Shown here one piece after another: positions 6,803-11,561 of a stretch of DNA of 11,561 bases. Where the stretch lies: assembly GCF_006345805.1 (NCBI RefSeq), contig NW_021826993.1, forward strand, positions 1 through 11,561, given 5' to 3'. Numbering within the stretch: position 1 is the first letter of the stretch; every line of letters starts with the position of its first letter. The position numbers were made by a program, and so were the translations under genes. This DNA is from Octopus sinensis. Taxonomy: Eukaryota. The notes beneath the pieces were generated by a model that ran no database searches, was not told the DNA's origin, and saw nothing but the letters and a program-made list of their open reading frames with translations.

Positions 6803-7109
6803 CCCACAGACACATATAGACACACATTATATCCGGATTTCTTGGTGTTTGCAACATATATTCACGACAATTCAAAATTTTTCAAATAACTACGTAGTGT
6901 TCATGCTTTTAGCTACGTAAAATATGTTTTCTCATAAACTAGAATATTAATTATAATTTAAAAAACAACCAGTAAATAATTGATTAATTAAAAGTTTTCG
7001 CATAAGTAGACCTTTAACAAATCAAAAGCCAACCGTTAAGGGTTTAATTTTATACACATGTTTCTTTTTAAAAAACTTGTTGCTCAGACCCCCACCCAGC
7101 ATACTCCTA

Positions 7110-7365
7110 TTTACGCGTGTGTATGTGTTCTGTGTGGGTATATATACATAAACACGTACATACATATCTGCGTACATACATACATACGTACATATATATA
7201 TATATATGTGTGTGTGTGTGTATGTATGTACATATATATACGTGTCTGTATAGACTTGTGCTTTGTATGCATTAGACATTAATGGATATTTATAACGGAG
7301 TGAAATCATGTGTGCATGAGTCTATGTATGTATATATCTATGTGTGTGTCTGTGTGTGTGTGTAT
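7110..7365. repeat. Mixed (TA)/(TG)/(TACA) degenerate microsatellite block
   Basis: Direct reading; explains ORFs 7022-7309 and 7058-7282. Confidence 0.8.
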
Positions 7366-7370
7366 AATAA

Positions 7371-7639
7371 TAGGGCAGCGGACTCACGGTCAGATGATCG
7401 CGGTTTCGATTCCCAGACCGGTCGTTGTGTGTGTTTATTGAGCGAAAACACCTAAAGTTCCTCGAGGCTCCGGCAGGGGTGGTGGCGACCCCTGCTGTAC
7501 TCTTTCGCCGCAACTTTCTCTCACTCTTTCTTCTGATGGCCTGCTCGCTTAGCCAGCGGGGTGGCGTCATTTGAAGGGTAAAACAATGTGAAGCCCATTG
7601 TGACCAGCGATGTGTAGCCTGGTCAGTCACGTGATCACG

Positions 7640-7640
<1 letters not shown>
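7371..7640 (+). mobile_element. tRNA-derived SINE, family 3, slightly 5'-truncated
   Basis: It starts TAGGGCAGCGGACTCACGG (tRNA anticodon-arm-like), has a B-box-like GGTTTCGATTCC (7402-7413) and a GC-rich body, and ends in the palindrome ACGTGATCACGT (7629-7640). Recognised as an octopus SINE family from memory. Confidence 0.75.
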
Positions 7641-7819
<179 letters not shown>

Positions 7820-7823
7820 TGTA

Positions 7824-7990
7824 CAGGAGAGGCTATGTGGCTATGTTAAGAAGTTTTTTCCCAACCACACGTTTCCATGTTCAGTTCTACTGCGTGGCAT
7901 CCTGGGTGAGTGTGTTTCACTATAGCCTAGGACTTTCAATATGTTTGTAAGTGAATTTTTTAAATGGAAACTGAAAAAAATCTCGTTGTA
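7824..7990 (+). mobile_element. Old, degenerate family-1 SINE head fragment
   Basis: GGAGAGGCTATGTGG...CCAACCACACG...GTTCAGTTCTACTGCGTGGCATCCTGGG...CTATAGCC...GGAAACTGAAA aligns by eye with 5520-5670. Confidence 0.75.
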
Positions 7991-7994
7991 TATA

Positions 7995-8635
7995 TCTATT
8001 ATATAAAATCCGTTCTGTCTGTCTGTGTGTGTGTCTTCTATGATCTCGGGCATCCTCCACCCGATTGCGCTCAAATTTGATATGTAGATACCAACGGTCA
8101 GAGCCAGTATAAGTATTGAAAAAATTACAAAAATTGATTTCAGGTGAGAATGCGATCGATAAAACCGTGGGAACGTGCATTTGTACGCGCATGTACATCA
8201 GCTGTTGCGATCGATACTACGCGTACGCAAGAAAAATGCACGTGCAGTTTGCGCAGACGGTCTCGAGGTAAAAGTTATCACGGGTCAATGAGCAGGGGAT
8301 GTTGTTTTTATTTCCGGCATGCCATTGATTCCGTCGGACTGTGTTTACCCGATGAAACGCGTTCAATTCCCTATTCACCCGAGCTTCGCGATGACCAACA
8401 AAGCACAGAGGCAGTCATTGGAAGTCATGGGGTTGGAACTCAGCACTCCCTGCTTTTCGCACGGACAACTGTATGTGGGGTGTTCGGGGGTTAGCTGTTC
8501 GTCAAACCTTTTCTACTACGCTCCAGACGGAGTAACAAGGAATGTGGTTTACAAAGCTGCGCTCCACTAGCTTTTCCATGCCCTTGAACTTCCCGTAAAA
8601 TAAGTTAGCTTAAAATTAGTTACTTAGTTCCCTAG
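7995..8635 (+). mobile_element. Non-autonomous Helitron (internal deletion derivative); 3' end uncertain
   Basis: The 5' end reads A|TCTATTATATAAAA, followed by a (CTGT)n tract and CCGATTGCGCTCAAATTTG, as in Lep1/DINE-1-type Helitron derivatives, and then a RepHel helicase C-terminal fragment. CTAG occurs at 8567-8570 and 8632-8635, but neither is followed by T. Confidence 0.65.
8262..8570 (+). pseudogene. Helitron RepHel PIF1-family helicase C-terminal fragment (motifs V-VI)
   Basis: It reads LEVKVITGQ*AGDVVFISGMPLIPSDCVYPMKRVQFPIHPSFAMT-NKAQRQSLEVMGLELSTPCFSHGQLYVGCSGV...APDGVTRNVVYKAALH*. The consensus is ...IPRIPLIP...KRxQFPxxxAFAMTINKxQGQSL..VGLxL..PxFSHGQLYVAxSRV...T.NVVY. Lesions: in-frame TGA (8289-8291), missing Ile, QGQ>QRQ, SRV>SGV. 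Confidence 0.92.
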
Positions 8636-8711
8636 GTTGTTGCTTTTCATGAAAAATCGGCCCAAGCTGATTTCCTACATGATTTATCGGATAAACTTAT
8701 TATTGTCCCAG
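8636..8711 (+). other. Candidate orphan internal exon (76 nt)
   Basis: The acceptor is TTCCCTAG|G and the donor is CAG|GTACGT. The phase-0 frame reads VVAFHEKSAQADFLHDLSDKLIIVP and is closed by stops just outside both splice sites. No protein family is recognised. Confidence 0.3.
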
Positions 8712-8774
8712 GTACGTTCTCATAAATTCATCATGCTTTTCCATCTAGATTTACCTCCGGCTAACCCATTTGAC

Positions 8775-9352
8775 CGGGTTTTATCGACACGAATAGCTGA
8801 CTGGTATTTCTTTGACCCCGGTACCTTACTGCTACTTCATTGACCCTGGGCAGATGAAAGGTAAAGTAGACCTCGGCGGAATTTGAAGTCGGAGTGTATA
8901 AAGTCGGAACAAAAAACCTCAAGCCTTTTTTTCCGGCACTCTAATTATTTTGTCAAGCTCATTGCCTCTACGATTTCTTATCTAGGCACAAGCCCAGCAC
9001 TTTTTAGGAGAGGGGCTGTGTTGATACCATCAACCGCAGTACTTAACTGGTACTTTATTTTATCGACGCCTAATGGATGTACGTTTACTTTTCCTCAGCA
9101 AGATTTGAACTTTGAACCTCAAAAAGCAAAGAGTTATAAGAACTATCGGTTTCGAATTTTGGAACAAGGCCAGTGAGCTCGGGGGAGGGTGTAGATTTAT
9201 TACATCAACAACAGTACTCAACTGGTACCTATTTTATCGAATCCTAAAGGATGAAAGGCAAAGTCGACCTTGGCGGAATTTGAACTCAGGGCATAAAGAA
9301 AGCGCAGGAAGAAATATCGCTAGGTGCTCTAACGATTCTGCGAGTTCACCCC
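8775..9352 (-). mobile_element. Cluster of three old, degenerate family-2 SINE copies (~8775-8965, ~8990-9120, ~9170-9352)
   Basis: Recurrent ACTGGTAC..TTTATCGA..GGATGAAAGG(C/T)AAAG..GACCT.GGCGGAATTTGAA blocks, the same as in 2811-3247. Confidence 0.75.
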
Positions 9353-9927
9353 AACCCCTTATAATATAGTAGTGATAATAACGGCCTTCACGATTAAATA
9401 TAAAATGTTTTACATATATAAATACGTTTCAATTAGTATATATTTCATATATCTTTCCCTATCTGTTTATATTCATTTTTTGTTCAGCCAAGAAATGCAC
9501 CAAGAAGCGGAATTAGAGTTACCATTTTCGGAATGCGTCAGACTAAAGAGTTAGTCACAAGCAAATAAGCGTGAAATTACATTTTAAGTATTTGACCTCC
9601 ATTGACGATCTACATTTAAAAAAATTAAAATATTAAACTTCCATCTTTATGATTTATTCTCAATGTTTAATAATGCAGTAAGTTATATAATAAACTTTAT
9701 ATATCTGACAGTCACTCCTACTATAAATATGAATAGTATAATCTCTGTATTGTAAAGTAATACTCCGTAACACTTTGATGTTCTTGGACTGATACTATGT
9801 GGGGTCTTCATGTTCAGGCTGGGATTTAAGGCCGACAGGGGGAACTGGTTTGTAATTGGATACTGAGTAATTTTCTACAATACTGAAGCACTATATTGAC
9901 GTAAGCAGTCAAGACGTATGTACACGT

Positions 9928-10000
9928 GCACACGCACACACACACACACACACACACACCACACACACACACACACACACCACACACACTCACGCACAAA
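9928..10000. repeat. (AC)n microsatellite
   Basis: Direct reading. Confidence 0.9.
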
Positions 10001-10073
10001 CATACATGAACCCATACGAGCATTTCTATGTATCTATCAATAATGTGTGTATGTGTGAGTGCATACACATATA

Positions 10074-10829
10074 CGAGGTGCGTTCAGAAAGTATCCAACT
10101 TTTGAAGGAGACACTTTCCCTTCCTACGCATGCGTGAAAATTTCCGCTCTGATAGTTCGCGTCAGTTCCTGGCTGTTACGCCTAGAGTATCAACGTGTAA
10201 TGCACGCTCGTTGGATTTCGTTTTCACCTAACACATCAAGTTTTGCAGAGAGCCTGGTGACACGCAAGCTCAAACCATTTAGAAGATTCGGAAGGACTTT
10301 GGCGGATCACATCTCAGTGGAAAGTGAGGAACACTCAGGCAGGCATCAAGAAGTTGAAATGAGGAGCCGATTGAAGAGGTTTAGCGAAAAGTCATGGAAG
10401 ACTGTCGTATAACAATCCAGGAATTTTCTCTCGAAATAGGAATAAGCGTAAGATCAGAGGATTATTGCATGTGGAGAGTGTCGGCGAAATTCGTCTCCAG
10501 GGTAATGGCGGAGCAGCAGAAATTCACATGGAAATCGCTCAGGACATGCTGGACAGTGCAAACCACGACACAAACTTCATGAAGACCATCATCACTGGTT
10601 ATAAGACACAGGTTTATGGTCTCTGCCCGAAGCGTTCGGTCATCTTGCGTGAAAACGAAAATCCGACGAGTACGCACCACACGTCTCTACTCTAGGCGTA
10701 ACTAGAAACTGAAGTGGCTTAATGGCGGGAACGTTTCACGCATGCGCAGGAAGGTTGGCGTCACTTCCACCTTAAGGATTTTGCCTACGCGGGAAAAATT
10801 AAAGTCGGATACCTTTTGAAAACACCTCG
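10074..10829 (+). mobile_element. Internally deleted mariner DNA transposon with ~29-bp TIRs and TA TSD
   Basis: The left end is TA|CGAGGTGCGTTCAGAAAGTATCCAACTTT. The right end reverse-complemented is TA|CGAGGTGTTTTCAAAAGGTATCCGACTTT (24/29 identical by my count). TA lies at 10072-10073 and 10830-10831. Confidence 0.92.
10235..10632 (+). pseudogene. Mariner transposase remnant (N-terminal HTH to first catalytic-Asp region)
   Basis: The frameshifted pieces are IKFCREPGDTQAQTI*KIRKDFG / SVESEEHSGR / MEDCRITIQEFSLEIGISV..EDYCMWRVSAKFVSRVM / EIAQDMLDSANHDTNFMKTIITGYKTQVY. They match the mariner motifs IKFC.KLG, SVED..RSGRP, DRRIT, AKFVPR (WVPHEL-equivalent) and IITGDETWVY, with the first catalytic D replaced by Y. 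Confidence 0.9.
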
Positions 10830-10849
10830 TACATGAGCGTGACCGCGTG

Positions 10850-11048
10850 TGTACCGTTGGCGATTTTGTTCCCTCTGTCTTCCCTTCTCTGGATCTTTCC
10901 TTCTCCTATGTTTCCGACGAAGAGCTCCGCTCGAAAAGTTAAACCCTTCTTCATCTCTTCCTTCCTGAGCGTCCAATAATACTATATTTGTTCCACGTCC
11001 TCGCATTGTTGTGTTTTCTCTTTGTGTTTTCATGTTTGGATTAACTTT
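10850..11048 (+). mobile_element. Penelope-like element 3'/pseudo-LTR fragment carrying a hammerhead-like motif
   Basis: A pyrimidine-rich leader is followed by the hammerhead motif, then CTTCCTGAGCGTCCAATAATAC (shared with 3740-3762) and a T-rich tail running into (TA)n. Confidence 0.55.
10910..10944 (+). ncRNA. Degenerate minimal type I hammerhead ribozyme motif
   Basis: GUUU-CCGACGA-A-GAGC(ucc)GCUC-GAAA-A-GU-U-AAAC. Stem I is GUUU/AAAC and stem II is GAGC/GCUC. Two substitutions (U4>C in the core, C>A after GAAA) separate it from CUGANGA...GAAAC-GUU. Confidence 0.6.
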
Positions 11049-11066
11049 ATATATATATATATATAT

Positions 11067-11122
<56 letters not shown>
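11048..11122. repeat. Compound (AT)n-(AG)n microsatellite
   Basis: Direct reading. Confidence 0.95.
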
Positions 11123-11131
11123 AGACATACG

Positions 11132-11378
11132 TGCATCAGTACAAAGGATATTGGTAGAACATCACCATTAAACGTCCATCAAGCGCAAACATAACAGGCT
11201 TGGAGCATATATTTGTGATAAAAAGGAAAAGTCATGTGCAGCTACAGAACATAGTTGCCTTGCAAATTTCAACATCTCTTTCAAAAACAAGCGAGTCGGA
11301 GAAATTCGAAACCTGAAACTTCTCAATTTGGATTATAAATCTACATTCATACAAATAGTCATTGATACAGTTATTTAA
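11132..11378 (+). pseudogene. Heavily decayed GIY-YIG endonuclease fragment of a Penelope-like element
   Basis: 11132-11176 reads CISTKDIGRTSPLNV. After a frameshift at 11177, 11178-11375 reads IKRKHNRLGAYICDKKEKSCAATEHSCLANFNISFKNKRVGEIRNLKLLNLDYKSTFIQIVIDTVI*. This resembles the PLE pattern C..C...YIG.T.R.L..R.KEH......SA.AEH....H.FDF.N.KIL......LES..I. Confidence 0.5.
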
Positions 11379-11528
11379 GCCTAAGTCATAATCTAGAGAC
11401 TCTAGGATTTTCAAGCAAAGATAGGAACTGCTTAACACGAAGTTTAAAGATACAACGGGCACGATAAACAGTAAAAATAACGTTTGATATGTAATAATTA
11501 TTCTTGTTACCCGAAGCCCAACGATGGA

Positions 11529-11531
<3 letters not shown>

Positions 11532-11561
<30 letters not shown>
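11532..11561. repeat. (CT)n microsatellite running to the window edge
   Basis: Direct reading. Confidence 0.95.

Noticed and set aside
9488-9549. Exon candidate (TTTTTGTTCAG| ... |GTTAGT)
   Set aside because: The donor is weak, the peptides are unrecognisable, and the sequence may be a very old SINE head.
9771-9863. Short hydrophobic frame HFDVLGLILCGVFMFRLGFKADRGNWFVIGY and an overlapping open antisense frame
   Set aside because: No start codon or usable splice acceptor on the plus strand, and no recognisable family on either strand.
11290-11345. LLNLDYK resembling the L1/Tx1 RT motif LLNxDYK
   Set aside because: The flanking RT motifs are absent, and the wider region fits a GIY-YIG endonuclease better.

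Overview
AT-rich, microsatellite-dense eukaryotic non-coding (intergenic or intronic) DNA. The SINE families are ones I recognise from octopus (coleoid cephalopod) genomes; this is recognition from memory, not a database hit. No intact host protein-coding gene can be supported, and most ORF-track entries are microsatellite or antisense-repeat artefacts. The window is a mosaic of: (i) three families of tRNA-derived SINEs; (ii) decayed coding remnants of four TE classes: an RLE endonuclease of an R4/Dong-type non-LTR element (~1053-1261), a Helitron RepHel helicase C-terminus (~8262-8570), a mariner transposase inside a TIR-bounded element (10074-10829) and a Penelope-type GIY-YIG endonuclease (~11132-11378); (iii) a small mariner MITE; (iv) an ORF-less RTE-like element with an HDV-ribozyme-like 5' end; (v) two Penelope-type 3' segments, each with a decayed minimal hammerhead motif; (vi) a ~210-bp-arm fold-back at the window start; (vii) a repeat-poor stretch (~2200-4700, interrupted by SINE and PLE pieces) containing a perfect 33-bp palindrome and motif clusters; and (viii) one plausible orphan 76-nt exon. 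The most interesting signals are the three ribozyme-like motifs, the fold-back and the palindrome. All ribozyme copies look mutated. I see no evidence of a complete novel system.
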